Shown: one piece after another, positions 31,989 to 42,263 of the stretch
Position numbering within the stretch: position 1 is the stretch's first letter
Layout: every line of letters begins with the position of its first letter
IMG/VR virus record: IMGVR_UViG_3300029675_000009
Location: 1-61,888 of that record
Reading direction: 5' to 3' (one strand)
DNA: 61,888 nucleotides
Source: a virus
Position numbers and translations under genes: made by a program
Notes under the pieces: generated by a model
The model's input: only the letters and a program-made list of their open reading frames with translations
What the model was told of the DNA's origin: nothing
The model's database searches: none

Positions 31989-32991
31989 AAAACTCTGGTT
32001 TTAAAATTTTCTTAGCTAAATGCTTGCTATCGCTATCATATATCCAGCCCAGCCAACCGGCTAGACCTGCCTTGTATTCCGTTAAGGATATATTCGGGAC
32101 TTTATTCAATCTAGCCGCCGCACGACATAGATTTTGCTTAGTCCTCTTCCTTATCCGTATATGCTCCTTATAGAAAACGAACCCCACGAAATCTATACCA
32201 CGGCCGCTTTTATCCGATCTTCTCTCAGCGATCTTAAATATCTGGTAATTCCCTTTCAGCTCCAACTTCAACACGGCCAATCTATCGATAAGCCACGGAA
32301 GTAATACGTTTCTCAAGAAACACTTATCATGATGGAAAAAAGTCATGTCATCCGCGTATCTGATATAATGCCTTATATCTATAATCTCCTTTATCTCGTG
32401 ATCCAGATAGGCGAGATAAAGATTCGCAAGATATTGGCTAAGATAGTTCCCGATCGGAACGCCGGGAGCGGAATCAATGATCTCATCCAACAACATAAGC
32501 AAGCGATCGTCCTTGATCTTCTTCCGAGCGATGCCTTTCAACACCTCATGGTCTATTGACGGATAGAATTTGCGGATATCAACCTTGAGGCAATAGACGG
32601 ATTCACGATCGGACAAAGCCCGTCTTGTCCTCTTATACGCCTCCGTTATTCCTCTTCCCTTGATACATGATGTCGTATCAGCCGTGAACACGGAAACCCA
32701 TATAGGTTCCATGACGTTCATTATGGCATGATGCAATATCCTGTCCGGATAATAAGGGAGCTTGAAGATGATCCTTTCTTTTGGCTCATAGATGGTATCA
32801 GTCCGGTACTTGGAAGTCTTGAACGTGCCATCCAGCAGAGACCTTAGCAAACGGCTTAGATTACCTTCTTTGTCCTTGTCAAACAACCTTATGCCGTATG
32901 AATCCTTCTTTCCCCTTCGGGCTTTCATGTCCGCAAGTATCAAGTTGTCCATATTCGCTATCTTATCAAATAAATTCCCTATTCTCTTCAT
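31954..32991 (-). CDS. DGR reverse transcriptase
   Basis: ORF 31954..33048, with the likely start at ATG 32991 (MKRIGNLF). Motifs are PIGNYLSQ ([ILV]GxxxSQ) and YIRYADDMTFF (YxDD). The TR lies immediately upstream. Confidence 0.9.
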   Translation of the reverse strand: MKRIGNLFDKIANMDNLILADMKARRGKKDSYGIRLFDKDKEGNLSRLLRSLLDGTFKTSKYRTDTIYEPKERIIFKLPYYPDRILHHAIMNVMEPIWVSVFTADTTSCIKGRGITEAYKRTRRALSDRESVYCLKVDIRKFYPSIDHEVLKGIARKKIKDDRLLMLLDEIIDSAPGVPIGNYLSQYLANLYLAYLDHEIKEIIDIRHYIRYADDMTFFHHDKCFLRNVLLPWLIDRLAVLKLELKGNYQIFKIAERRSDKSGRGIDFVGFVFYKEHIRIRKRTKQNLCRAAARLNKVPNISLTEYKAGLAGWLGWIYDSDSKHLAKKILKPEFYEAIMERHNAA

Positions 32992-33128
32992 TTTATTGTC
33001 ATTAATTTGCTTTTTATCATAGGGAGTCTTCGGTTTCCCTACCAACACCCTTTATATGGGGAGACTTTTTTCGCCAAGAGGCGAGGCCACCATCCCTGTT
33101 TGTTCTCTAAATATCTTTTCCCCTCTCT

Positions 33129-33245
33129 AAAAGTATAGGCGTGAACCGATGTTACGATTCGCATCGGAAGGCGCATTATTCGTATTCACGTTAGCGAGGC
33201 CTGCATTCGACCTGTTGTCCGCGTTACCGCCAACCAGCACCACCT
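33129..33245 (-). other. DGR template repeat (TR)
   Basis: It aligns without gaps to 33692..33808. All 16 mismatches fall at TR adenines on the coding strand. It lies 137 nt upstream of the RT start. Confidence 0.9.
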
Positions 33246-33268
33246 AGGGATGATCGACCCTTATTACG

Positions 33269-33622
33269 TCATTCGAGATAATACCTGTTCCCGGAGGCTC
33301 GCATCGTTACTTTCCTAGGGAACTTGTCCATCTCCTTTATCTTTCCAAGAACGTACTTGATCTCTTGGGAGTTCGTAAAGAATTTCTTGGCATCACTATC
33401 CTTATCCTCTAGATTCTCCTTGATCATGACAAGCGCCCTGTCTTTCCCGAACTTGGTGGACACGCCATCCATGTAATCAATTACCCAGAACGTGAGATTC
33501 GTCAACTTCTGTTGGGTGATCTCCGGACAATTAAAATGCCTTGAGTTCTTATCCCTTGGGATATTCAAGAACGACAAGCTGCCGTCATCTTTATTCTTTT
33601 CTTCTTCCATTTTTATCCTCAT
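33269..33622 (-). CDS. DGR accessory-position ORF (not recognisably Avd-like)
   Basis: 117 aa between VR and TR, where Avd normally sits. The sequence does not resemble the helical-bundle Avd proteins I recall. Confidence 0.55.
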   Translation of the reverse strand: MRIKMEEEKNKDDGSLSFLNIPRDKNSRHFNCPEITQQKLTNLTFWVIDYMDGVSTKFGKDRALVMIKENLEDKDSDAKKFFTNSQEIKYVLGKIKEMDKFPRKVTMRASGNRYYLE

Positions 33623-33662
33623 TAAACGTTATACAAAAAAATTCCCGACGTGAGACGTGCGG

Positions 33663-35819
33663 CTATGCCGACGTTTTACGATATTCGGGGAAAAAGCAAA
33701 GGCGCGAACCGAAGTAACGATACGCAGCGGAAGGCGCATTATACGTATACACGTGAGCGAGGCCCGCAGTCGACCCGTCGCCCGCGTAACCGCCAACCAG
33801 CACCACCTGCATGCGGTTAGCCGATGTGTAGGTGTAGTAGTAGTCGCACCAGTAGGTAGAACTACTACCGCCGATCTCCGTAGCTACGATATCACCATCC
33901 TCACCTAGGAGCATCTTCTTGGCATAACCATTGGTACGGCAGATGTTGCCTTTCTTGTTATAGCCTGTGTAAGATGTATCGCTGAAGTTTGACGGGTCAT
34001 CGGTAGTCCATAAGATAGACAATCCGGAATCACCCGTGGTGACTTGTATGTTGGCCCCATCGGTGTATTTCCAGATATGGCCGAACGGATTCTCTATACC
34101 ACGATACCTGTTAGCCATCAATGTGGCATGAGTACCGCCGGAAGCGTTCTTCACCACATATGCCTTCTCTCCCGAGCCGTTCCCGAACTCGTTGGTATAG
34201 CCGCATGGGATAAGGGGGTTGGCGTTGTTGAAGTTAGCCCAATCCGTCATTTGCGTCGGTCCCGGACCTAAGCCACCTTGTGCGAAACCGTTAGCGTCCT
34301 TCTGGGCGTTGAAAGGTTTCTGGCTGTCCAGCGTGGCGTACTCGACGGCGAATAACCAGAACAGGATCTTGTGGGCGTTATAGGTGTACATTTCCCAGCC
34401 GCTGCCACGTTTCCTAGCGGCTTGCCGGAATTGGTCTCGGGTGAGGTTGGTGACGGGGCGGCCGAGTAGGGAACGGTAGGTATCATCCCATTCAGCGGTG
34501 TTGTCACCACCTCTAAAATTAGTTGAATTAGGATCACTTAATTTACTAGCTCCAGCCGCCGAACATAATAAATTATCGGTTCTATACATTCTGGCTTCAT
34601 ATGTTGAGATATAGAACTTATCTACATGTTTATACCCAGGTAATGGAATTTCGGACAACATCTTCCTAAATTTAGTGCCATTAAAATACAATTTATACCA
34701 ATGTTCAGGTATCTCTGTCATAACGGCATAATCCAAATAGCTTCCACCCCATGAAAGCTCATTATCCAAATATTCTTTAACTCCACCATCTCTATCCAAA
34801 AGACACCTTCTCATCTTACTCTGCACCGGCAACTCCCGATGTAGTTGCATATTACCCACACGCTTCCCGTCCGGGCTTGACGATGCCATGTCCCACTCTA
34901 CACCGTAGGCGTACCGCTCCTCTATATCCGGGATGTCCTCCCAAGCGGGGGTCCACTCGGTGGAGATGTCACCATATTCAAGTTTAATCTTATGGATGGT
35001 GGAAGTTGATGTGCCAGTTTTAGGAGAACTAAATACAACCATATGTGTATTATCAGCTACTGCATCTCCGATATTAGTAATCCATTTAAAAGTCTTACTG
35101 GCCTTCCCATTCACAAAGTCAGCCTTACTGAACTGAGCCATAGAACCTACTGCACCAGTAGAGTTATATATAGTGAACATTTCCTTATCATCACCCAATT
35201 CTCCAAAAATAGTCAATGTTACTTGTGTTCCTTTAGATATCGGTTCAGTTAGCCAATAATCAGCGATATTGTAATTCGAGTTACTCACCTCCTTCCCTGA
35301 TCCCAGCAACAGGTTCCTGCCGTACACGGGCAGCTTGCGGTACTTGCCATCAGCCATCAGAGACTTATCCTTGTCCCCCTTGGTCTCCAGCGTTATCGAC
35401 ACGTCCGGATCTTCGTTTTGGGCCTTGTCCGGCGTTATGGTTATCTGGCCGTTAGACGGGGTGGATGTGACAACGGGCTTTAACTTATTAACGTCCGTCC
35501 TTAGACCGGTGACCAGATTCCGGATATCCGTATCGTCGTAATGGTCACGCAAGTTAGGCGTGGTTATGGTTCCCTCAGCGGAGGTTATCTCCAAGACGTA
35601 TTCCGTGTCCGTGTTAGTCTTTATCCTCACCTTGATGTCTTGCATCATCAATGGAAGCTCGGCGTACGTATGGATACCGTCCGAGAACTTCATGTTTAAA
35701 TTGCCGTTCGCCAACCGCTCGAAAAGCCATAGCGACGGCGGGTATATGGTGCTGTCAGCCGTCCACTCGGCGGTGGACTGCTCTATCTGTTGGTATACGT
35801 AAGCCCCTGTCTTGCTCAT
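33663..35819 (-). CDS. DGR target: tail fibre / receptor-binding protein with a C-terminal VR (CLec/FGE-like fold expected)
   Basis: 718 aa. The N terminus STAEWTADSTIYPPSLWLFERLANGNLNMKFSDGIHTYAELP resembles a fibre/Mtd-type N-domain. The C terminus GGYAGDGSTAGLAHVYTYNAPSAAYRYFGSRLCF is encoded by the VR. Confidence 0.85.
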   Translation of the reverse strand: MSKTGAYVYQQIEQSTAEWTADSTIYPPSLWLFERLANGNLNMKFSDGIHTYAELPLMMQDIKVRIKTNTDTEYVLEITSAEGTITTPNLRDHYDDTDIRNLVTGLRTDVNKLKPVVTSTPSNGQITITPDKAQNEDPDVSITLETKGDKDKSLMADGKYRKLPVYGRNLLLGSGKEVSNSNYNIADYWLTEPISKGTQVTLTIFGELGDDKEMFTIYNSTGAVGSMAQFSKADFVNGKASKTFKWITNIGDAVADNTHMVVFSSPKTGTSTSTIHKIKLEYGDISTEWTPAWEDIPDIEERYAYGVEWDMASSSPDGKRVGNMQLHRELPVQSKMRRCLLDRDGGVKEYLDNELSWGGSYLDYAVMTEIPEHWYKLYFNGTKFRKMLSEIPLPGYKHVDKFYISTYEARMYRTDNLLCSAAGASKLSDPNSTNFRGGDNTAEWDDTYRSLLGRPVTNLTRDQFRQAARKRGSGWEMYTYNAHKILFWLFAVEYATLDSQKPFNAQKDANGFAQGGLGPGPTQMTDWANFNNANPLIPCGYTNEFGNGSGEKAYVVKNASGGTHATLMANRYRGIENPFGHIWKYTDGANIQVTTGDSGLSILWTTDDPSNFSDTSYTGYNKKGNICRTNGYAKKMLLGEDGDIVATEIGGSSSTYWCDYYYTYTSANRMQVVLVGGYAGDGSTAGLAHVYTYNAPSAAYRYFGSRLCFFPEYRKTSA
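33692..33808 (-). other. DGR variable repeat (VR)
   Basis: It lies at the 3' end of the 718-aa gene and ends 26 nt before the stop codon. Confidence 0.9.
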
Positions 35820-37156
35820 GATAATATTCCTCCCTTTATTATTTTTACCGAATCATTGAAATAATTAGCCCCTGTCAAGTAAATGTTCCCCGGTAACGCG
35901 GCACCGGAAGACTCCTCCCATATGGCCTTACCCTCCACTATGTCGTGGAGCTTGTAGAACGTAACGTCTCCGGGAGACTCCCTTAGATAGACCTCACCGC
36001 CTATAGGGTAGCTCTTGGTCTCGCCGCCCTCCTCGTAGGTCACGTCGTTAGCCCCCGGGACATGGTCGATCTCCCTTGTCTTGTATACGCCGACTACCGA
36101 TCCGTCCTGTCCTTGCGGGACGGTAAGATCTAATTCCGCCAATGGAACCCCTTCCTCGGTCTCTCCCTTCTCGGTTATCGTGGCTTGGGCCGCCGTTCCC
36201 GGGAGACCGGTCGTCACCTTCCCGATCGATATCTTGGGAGAGAATCCCCTAGGGCCTCTCTGCAACACGAAGTTCATCCTGTATACGGGGTTGCCGGATG
36301 CGTCCGTGCCCCCGTCGGACAACGATACGGAAGGATACGTGCCCGCCGTTATGGTGCCTATGGAGAATTGCGGGGTCTTCCCGGTGAAGCCTCTCATGCC
36401 GGACACGTCCACGAGGTAATCGTAGCCCGTGGATGTCCTGAGATATAGCTTGCCGGTATCCTCCTCCTCCACGCTGCCCGTGTTGATGATGACGAATTTA
36501 CCCTCCGGGACGTTAGACTTGTCCGCCTCCATGACCGATACTGACTTATAGACCCTGTAGATCGTGAACGCCTCCGGTTTCAGTATCCTGTCCGTCTTGA
36601 TATAGGTCCCGGTAGCGTAATCCCACGTGTAGACATGGAAGTCATCGCCGATATAGCCCGGGTGGTCAGACACCGACTTGGCGTTCTCAGCCGCCGTGTT
36701 CGCTTTCTCGGTTGCCGCATCCGCCCTCTCCAAGGCGTGCCTCACGTCGTTCTCGAACTGGGTCTTCAAGGCGTTCACCTCGCTCACGATAGCGTTCATC
36801 CTCTCACGCACATCGGCGGCGGCTTCCGTGGCCGGCCTCTTCAAGTCGGCGAGCGGTATGAGGTTCTGCCACATCCCGTCCTCGTAACGCCACTGTATGT
36901 AATCGGCGGTGACCTGCAAGACGATCTGTTTCCCGTCAACGCCCCTCAACAAGGATATGGCCACACGTACGAGATCGTAGGCCGATCCGGATTGCCTGAA
37001 CACCGGCAAGGAAGATATACCTTGCAGGCTATCGGCCTCCTCGTACTGTCCCGGGTCCTTAGACGTGGTCAGCAACAGGCCGTTGACCGCCGACGCTATC
37101 TTCTGGATGTCCTCGGGGGTTACCTCGGTGCCCGATGATAGGATGATGCTTTCCAT
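35816..37156 (-). CDS. Tail fibre-associated structural protein (coiled-coil centre)
   Basis: ORF track, 446 aa, between the tip protein and the DGR fibre. Confidence 0.5.
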   Translation of the reverse strand: MESIILSSGTEVTPEDIQKIASAVNGLLLTTSKDPGQYEEADSLQGISSLPVFRQSGSAYDLVRVAISLLRGVDGKQIVLQVTADYIQWRYEDGMWQNLIPLADLKRPATEAAADVRERMNAIVSEVNALKTQFENDVRHALERADAATEKANTAAENAKSVSDHPGYIGDDFHVYTWDYATGTYIKTDRILKPEAFTIYRVYKSVSVMEADKSNVPEGKFVIINTGSVEEEDTGKLYLRTSTGYDYLVDVSGMRGFTGKTPQFSIGTITAGTYPSVSLSDGGTDASGNPVYRMNFVLQRGPRGFSPKISIGKVTTGLPGTAAQATITEKGETEEGVPLAELDLTVPQGQDGSVVGVYKTREIDHVPGANDVTYEEGGETKSYPIGGEVYLRESPGDVTFYKLHDIVEGKAIWEESSGAALPGNIYLTGANYFNDSVKIIKGGILS

Positions 37157-37157
37157 A

Positions 37158-37445
37158 TTACTCCACCGCTTGACTGTTCAACATCTCGTAAGTGTCGTTA
37201 AAGAATTGAGTGGCGATGGCCACCGCATCCTCCTTGCTCGTTATCACGCCGGGCTTGTCCACCGACATGAAGAATTGCCCGTTACGCTCGTAGACCAGAG
37301 ATCCCACACGTACCCCGTCCCTGATAAAAGAGCCTGTTATCCGGTCTATCCGCTCATCGGTCTTGACCGAGGCGGAATACTGTATCTTGATACCGGCTAC
37401 TTCCGAGTAGCCGTTTATCGTCCTTGTGTCGCTCGTTATCTCCAT
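37158..37445 (-). CDS. Hypothetical protein
   Basis: ORF track, 95 aa. Confidence 0.5.
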   Translation of the reverse strand: MEITSDTRTINGYSEVAGIKIQYSASVKTDERIDRITGSFIRDGVRVGSLVYERNGQFFMSVDKPGVITSKEDAVAIATQFFNDTYEMLNSQAVE

Positions 37446-37449
37446 GGTA

Positions 37450-37740
37450 TCATACGTTTAAAAGTTCAAAGATCTGACCGAAAGCTCCGGCGGTCAATGT
37501 CTTGTTACAACATTTCTTTATCAATAGGGACTCCTTGTCGCTAATGTCCATATCGCCATCGGCGGCGTTGATCCTTGTCATTAGCTTGTAAAGCTCGTAC
37601 TTCTCATCCTCGCTCATATCATCACCGTACGAGTAAAGCCTAGCGCATACGATATCCTTGATGACCTTCACTTTACCGGAATTGTCCCTCATGTCTTCTC
37701 CATCGAAGTCCTTTAAATTCTTGTTGAAATTTACTCTCAT
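37450..37740 (-). CDS. Hypothetical protein
   Basis: ORF track, 96 aa. Confidence 0.5.
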   Translation of the reverse strand: MRVNFNKNLKDFDGEDMRDNSGKVKVIKDIVCARLYSYGDDMSEDEKYELYKLMTRINAADGDMDISDKESLLIKKCCNKTLTAGAFGQIFELLNV

Positions 37741-37767
37741 GATTTACTGTATTTTAGTTGTTAATAA

Positions 37768-40700
37768 TTATTCTATATATAAAAGTCCCGTAGCGGAATC
37801 CCATTTGACGTTATATCTAGTCCCTGACGTGGATTCAGTGTTTACTTGTGTTACCGAAGGCATTAAACTCATACGTAAAACGGTACGCCATATTCCCGGC
37901 GAGTCGTTTGAGAACTTCTTAGTCCCAAGCTGTATATCTCTTATTCCATGCTCGCAATACAAAAAATTCATGAACCCGCTATCATTTCTGGTAGACTCAC
38001 ATTCTAACTTTACCATATTAGAATCGTCCGCATTAGTGACTGCTACTTTTATGGCGGTTCTCGGGACTTCGACCATAGTTCTTATCGCCAGTGATTTTTT
38101 GATGAACAAGGACGCTGTCCCCGCATCATTCGTTGTCCTATAATTATATCCTACGCTTAGTTTATACGTTGACTCATTGCTATCAGATATCCCGATCTCA
38201 CATCTGCTTGAATCCATGTACATCTTATAACTCCCGTAATATTCATTATTCGTTGTTCCATAAAGCTGATTTTTGTCAATCGTAAATCCAGCTATAGATG
38301 CGGCGTTCGCTATGATTTTATCCGCATTCAATAAAGATGTATCTATAAATCCATTAATGATTGTCGTGGATTGCTTCCCTGTAAGGGCGTTTATCAAATC
38401 CTTAACCTTATCATCCGCCACGCCTGTCAGCTCGTATTTTTTCAGAGATTCGGTTAGAGATGTAGAAGTGACATACGGTTTCAATGCGGTTGTTATATCG
38501 TCGGGAGTAGCTTTGCCGCTGATGATACCTTGTAACACCGAGGAAAGATCGGACATCTCTACCTCGCTCTCATAAGCCAAATCCCCTAGAGCGCTCGAGT
38601 TTGCTTTCCCGTTAATAGTGCTTTGAAGATCCGTATTAAACATGCTGAACGTCACCGCCCCTACAAGATTGATCCTGTCAGCCTGTATCAATATGCCTTC
38701 ATCTGAAAGATTGATTGAACTTATCACACCATCTTTCTTGACATATAGCTCCAGATTACCTTTTACAGCATCCAATTCCGTGCCTACTTGCGTAAGCGAA
38801 TTGTTTGTGTTATCTAATGATGTCGACAAGCTCGTTATCCTTCCAGCCTCTACGGTAATCTTTCCTTCTAGCTCCGATTTAATCGCTCCTGTCTCCGTAT
38901 CGAAATCCGTCTTGGTTACACGTTGCTCTATCTTATCGGCCATGACCGACAACTCTGCGTCATACTTGGTATATATCGCACCGGTCTCCGAGTCCACGTA
39001 CTCCTTCGTGGCCAGCAACTTGATATACTCCTCTGTCTGTAATATCCGCGTCTCAAGCTTTATCACGGCATCGGCCAACCGGTCGTTGAACAACGACACG
39101 CCGTATATCAATATCTCGCCGGTGAATCCGATCCGGAAATCCCCGGTACCGTCCCATTTGCCGGCTTTTGACAGCTTGACGTACTCGTCGGACGGATCGA
39201 GGGTCAAGGAGTCGTACAACTCCTGCCCGGCGAAACCCACCGTCAAAACACCTCGTCTCATGACCTTGTAGAAAAAGGCGTACGAGTAGGTCCCAGCCGC
39301 CTTATCGCCTTTCATGTTGGCGTTTGACTGGTATATGGTAGTCCCCAGCAGACGGAGCACATTACGATCACCGTCACGGTAGATGTCCGCCACCTCTCTC
39401 TTCTCCGAGTAGAAAGCGCCGCCTATCCATAACAGGTCGCCCCCGACGTTAATGAAATGGACCTCGTTCTCCGACCGCCAATAATTTGTGTCCTTCCCGA
39501 ACGTGGAATTGACAAGTATATTCCCGGATTCCAGAGACATGTCGTTCCTCACCCCCTCGATCTCGCTCCTCAGCTCCCCGTTCATCACGGAGAACTGTTG
39601 TTCCACGGTCATGCCGTTATCGAGGTATATGGACGAGTTCTCTATATAGATTCCGTTAAGGTAAGCCCCGTAACCCTTCAGTTGCGTACCGTTCTTGGTG
39701 CGGATCATGGAGAGGTTGCCTAGCTGGGCCTTCAGCGTGTCTTGCGTGGAAACGCCCGTGATACCGTCATATACGGCGATGAACGGCGCTCCTTGATCCG
39801 CCGATGTCAGATAGATAAGGCCCTGCCTAGTGGTATCCCTGTCGTTACCCCAACGCATGGCGAAATCCCCCGCCTCTGGCTCGCCGGTACCCTCTATCAG
39901 CGGGTAGGCCACGTCGAAATAGTCGGATGAGATACCGATACAGCGACCGAATAGATATTTAGTGGACGTGATACCGTTCCTTCTCTGTATCCTCACTCCG
40001 TCACCTTCCCTGAGGTTCATCAGCATGAGACCGTCCATGTCGTCCATGTAGCATCTCCAACGATCGGACAGCCTCTCGACCCTCCCTATCTTGTTGATAT
40101 CGGATACGATCTGGTTGCCGCCCAACCCGTATATCTGCGAATACACTATCTCGTAGGCCGTGAAGGTCTTCCTAACGAATATGTTGTCAAAGGTTCCCGT
40201 GGCCGTGGGGATGTCTATCTCCGTGCCCCAGCCGGTGAAGCCGGGGGCGAACGATATGGAGCCGATCTTGTTGCCAGCGTATATGTCGGAACGCACCTTC
40301 AACGCCTCCATGATACCGGAACCGTCGGCCTTGATCTCCCAGCCCTTGCCGTCCATGCCGTCAAGAAAGATGGAGGAGCCTATCTTCTTGTCGAATAAAA
40401 TACCCTCATGGGCGATATCGGGTATGTCCTTACGAAGGTAACGTTTGTCGTTATCCTGTTTTACCTTGTTTATCTCATATAATGTCCGCAGAGCGGAGAA
40501 AACGTTCTCGTCCGAGGCGGCGGTAGTATCCTCTTTCTTTATGATATACACCCCGAAAGAACCGCTACCTTGGTTGACGTACGTGTTATCCTTATATTGG
40601 ATATTCTCCAACTTACGCTCCAATTCTCCCAACCGGGAGTAAGCAGCGCTCTCTCCTACCGTATAGGAAGGCGAATCATATGGGATATCAAGTTTTTTCT

Positions 40701-42138
40701 CGAAACCCAATACCCTAGATTCCCGCCCATTCTCAAAATAGGCCTTATTGATAAGCCTGACACGCTGTCCTACGGATAGATCAATCGCCTTTTCCGGGTT
40801 CAATATACCATTATTCTCATCGTAGCCGGAAGCGTAGTATGAGTTAAGGACGCATGTGTAAGTGGAAGGGTCCGACACGACCTTGGCCTTATACTCTATC
40901 GTCCTTCTCAGCAATTCCTCTTCCGCCTGTGGGATAAGGGTGTCACTTACGTATTGCGTGTCAAAATTGTATAGGATATATTTGTTCCCCGTCCCCGGTA
41001 TAAGAGGGCTTTCCGGCAATGTCTGACCATAGGAGTCATTACGGACTATCTCGAACACCTGAGCCTCCGGATCATCCTCCGGCAATCCTTCCGGGTTGAA
41101 TCGCAAGGCGAAATCCATGCCTGACAACGGCCCTGTCTGGAATACGACACGAAGCTCTTTGCCGGGAAGCACGTATTCCTCGGAGAAGGACAATCCCGAG
41201 TCCTTGAACCGATAGACGGTGAATGTCTCCGATATCCCGTCCTCGCCCTCCTCCGTGACCTCCTTAGGTATCACCTCGGTTATCGTACCGATCTTACGTG
41301 GGTATATATCGTCGAATATAACGACCGCCTCCACTATTTGATCCTCGGTCAATCCCTGTACCACGTCCACGTAGGGGGTTCCCTTAGGAAGCATGAGCCG
41401 TTTTTGCACCACCCCTTGCACCACCGTACCGGATTCCCCCTTGCGATAGTCCGAGGGGATATTTCTCGTTGAGCCGAAAGCGTACAGGCGTGTGGCGAAC
41501 AGGTCTTGGCTTTGGCTTCTTGACATGGACGCTACTTGCCGGCCTATTTCCAGATCTACTGGATCGCCACGCTCTATCCGCCCTATATATATCTTGTCGC
41601 CCTCTACCCACCACTCGCACTCCCACGCCTCGGCAATCTTGGTAAGGGCATCCACGATATTCGTGCTGTCGTATTGCACGAGCTTGGCTACAGCGTCAAC
41701 GGAGCTATCGACAACGGCTTGGTACTCCTTGCCGTTATACCTGAATCCCAGAGATCGCAAATTGGATACGACAATGCTTAGGTGGGCCTCCGGAGCACGT
41801 GTAAGGCTCCATGACGCTTCCTTGTTACCTTGCCTATCGTAAAACAGGATATGATTCTTCCATCGGTAATAATGCGAGTCGAATCGCACGCTATAGTCGT
41901 ATCCGCCTGTGGATGTGTTGAATGTCGGGTATGTCTTGGCAGTTACGTAGAAAACGCTACCTCCATAATCGATATTGTCTCCGATCTCCAGTTGTACCGG
42001 GTCGGACAAGGAGAACACGAGGTTCACATAGTCCTCTTTCATCAACTCAAACCGACGTACCGATCCCGTTTCTATCGATACCGACAACTTGACTCTACCA
42101 GATATGTCCTTTATCTCGATCATGAACTCAAAGTTCAC
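37768..42138 (-). CDS. Tail tip / host-specificity protein (Tal-like, 1456 aa)
   Basis: Assigned on size, position after Dit/TMP, and an N-terminal region resembling siphovirus tail-endopeptidase-type N-domains. Confidence 0.7.
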   Translation of the reverse strand: MNFEFMIEIKDISGRVKLSVSIETGSVRRFELMKEDYVNLVFSLSDPVQLEIGDNIDYGGSVFYVTAKTYPTFNTSTGGYDYSVRFDSHYYRWKNHILFYDRQGNKEASWSLTRAPEAHLSIVVSNLRSLGFRYNGKEYQAVVDSSVDAVAKLVQYDSTNIVDALTKIAEAWECEWWVEGDKIYIGRIERGDPVDLEIGRQVASMSRSQSQDLFATRLYAFGSTRNIPSDYRKGESGTVVQGVVQKRLMLPKGTPYVDVVQGLTEDQIVEAVVIFDDIYPRKIGTITEVIPKEVTEEGEDGISETFTVYRFKDSGLSFSEEYVLPGKELRVVFQTGPLSGMDFALRFNPEGLPEDDPEAQVFEIVRNDSYGQTLPESPLIPGTGNKYILYNFDTQYVSDTLIPQAEEELLRRTIEYKAKVVSDPSTYTCVLNSYYASGYDENNGILNPEKAIDLSVGQRVRLINKAYFENGRESRVLGFEKKLDIPYDSPSYTVGESAAYSRLGELERKLENIQYKDNTYVNQGSGSFGVYIIKKEDTTAASDENVFSALRTLYEINKVKQDNDKRYLRKDIPDIAHEGILFDKKIGSSIFLDGMDGKGWEIKADGSGIMEALKVRSDIYAGNKIGSISFAPGFTGWGTEIDIPTATGTFDNIFVRKTFTAYEIVYSQIYGLGGNQIVSDINKIGRVERLSDRWRCYMDDMDGLMLMNLREGDGVRIQRRNGITSTKYLFGRCIGISSDYFDVAYPLIEGTGEPEAGDFAMRWGNDRDTTRQGLIYLTSADQGAPFIAVYDGITGVSTQDTLKAQLGNLSMIRTKNGTQLKGYGAYLNGIYIENSSIYLDNGMTVEQQFSVMNGELRSEIEGVRNDMSLESGNILVNSTFGKDTNYWRSENEVHFINVGGDLLWIGGAFYSEKREVADIYRDGDRNVLRLLGTTIYQSNANMKGDKAAGTYSYAFFYKVMRRGVLTVGFAGQELYDSLTLDPSDEYVKLSKAGKWDGTGDFRIGFTGEILIYGVSLFNDRLADAVIKLETRILQTEEYIKLLATKEYVDSETGAIYTKYDAELSVMADKIEQRVTKTDFDTETGAIKSELEGKITVEAGRITSLSTSLDNTNNSLTQVGTELDAVKGNLELYVKKDGVISSINLSDEGILIQADRINLVGAVTFSMFNTDLQSTINGKANSSALGDLAYESEVEMSDLSSVLQGIISGKATPDDITTALKPYVTSTSLTESLKKYELTGVADDKVKDLINALTGKQSTTIINGFIDTSLLNADKIIANAASIAGFTIDKNQLYGTTNNEYYGSYKMYMDSSRCEIGISDSNESTYKLSVGYNYRTTNDAGTASLFIKKSLAIRTMVEVPRTAIKVAVTNADDSNMVKLECESTRNDSGFMNFLYCEHGIRDIQLGTKKFSNDSPGIWRTVLRMSLMPSVTQVNTESTSGTRYNVKWDSATGLLYIE

Positions 42139-42220
42139 GCATATGAGGGGGATGACAAAAAATCAAGCGGACCTAAAGAAAACAATGAAGGGATTGTTGT
42201 AATTTTGTGTAGGAGGAAAT

Positions 42221-42250
42221 AAAAAAGCCCCGAACTGTGGGGAGCGGGGC
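42221..42250 (-). terminator. Rho-independent terminator at the left edge of the accessory island
   Basis: The stem is GCCCCG (42227-42232) with CGGGGC (42245-42250). The A6 run at 42221-42226 reads as a U-tract on the minus strand. It lies between the lipoprotein gene and the Tal start. Confidence 0.75.
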
Positions 42251-42263
42251 CTGTGAATAATAA

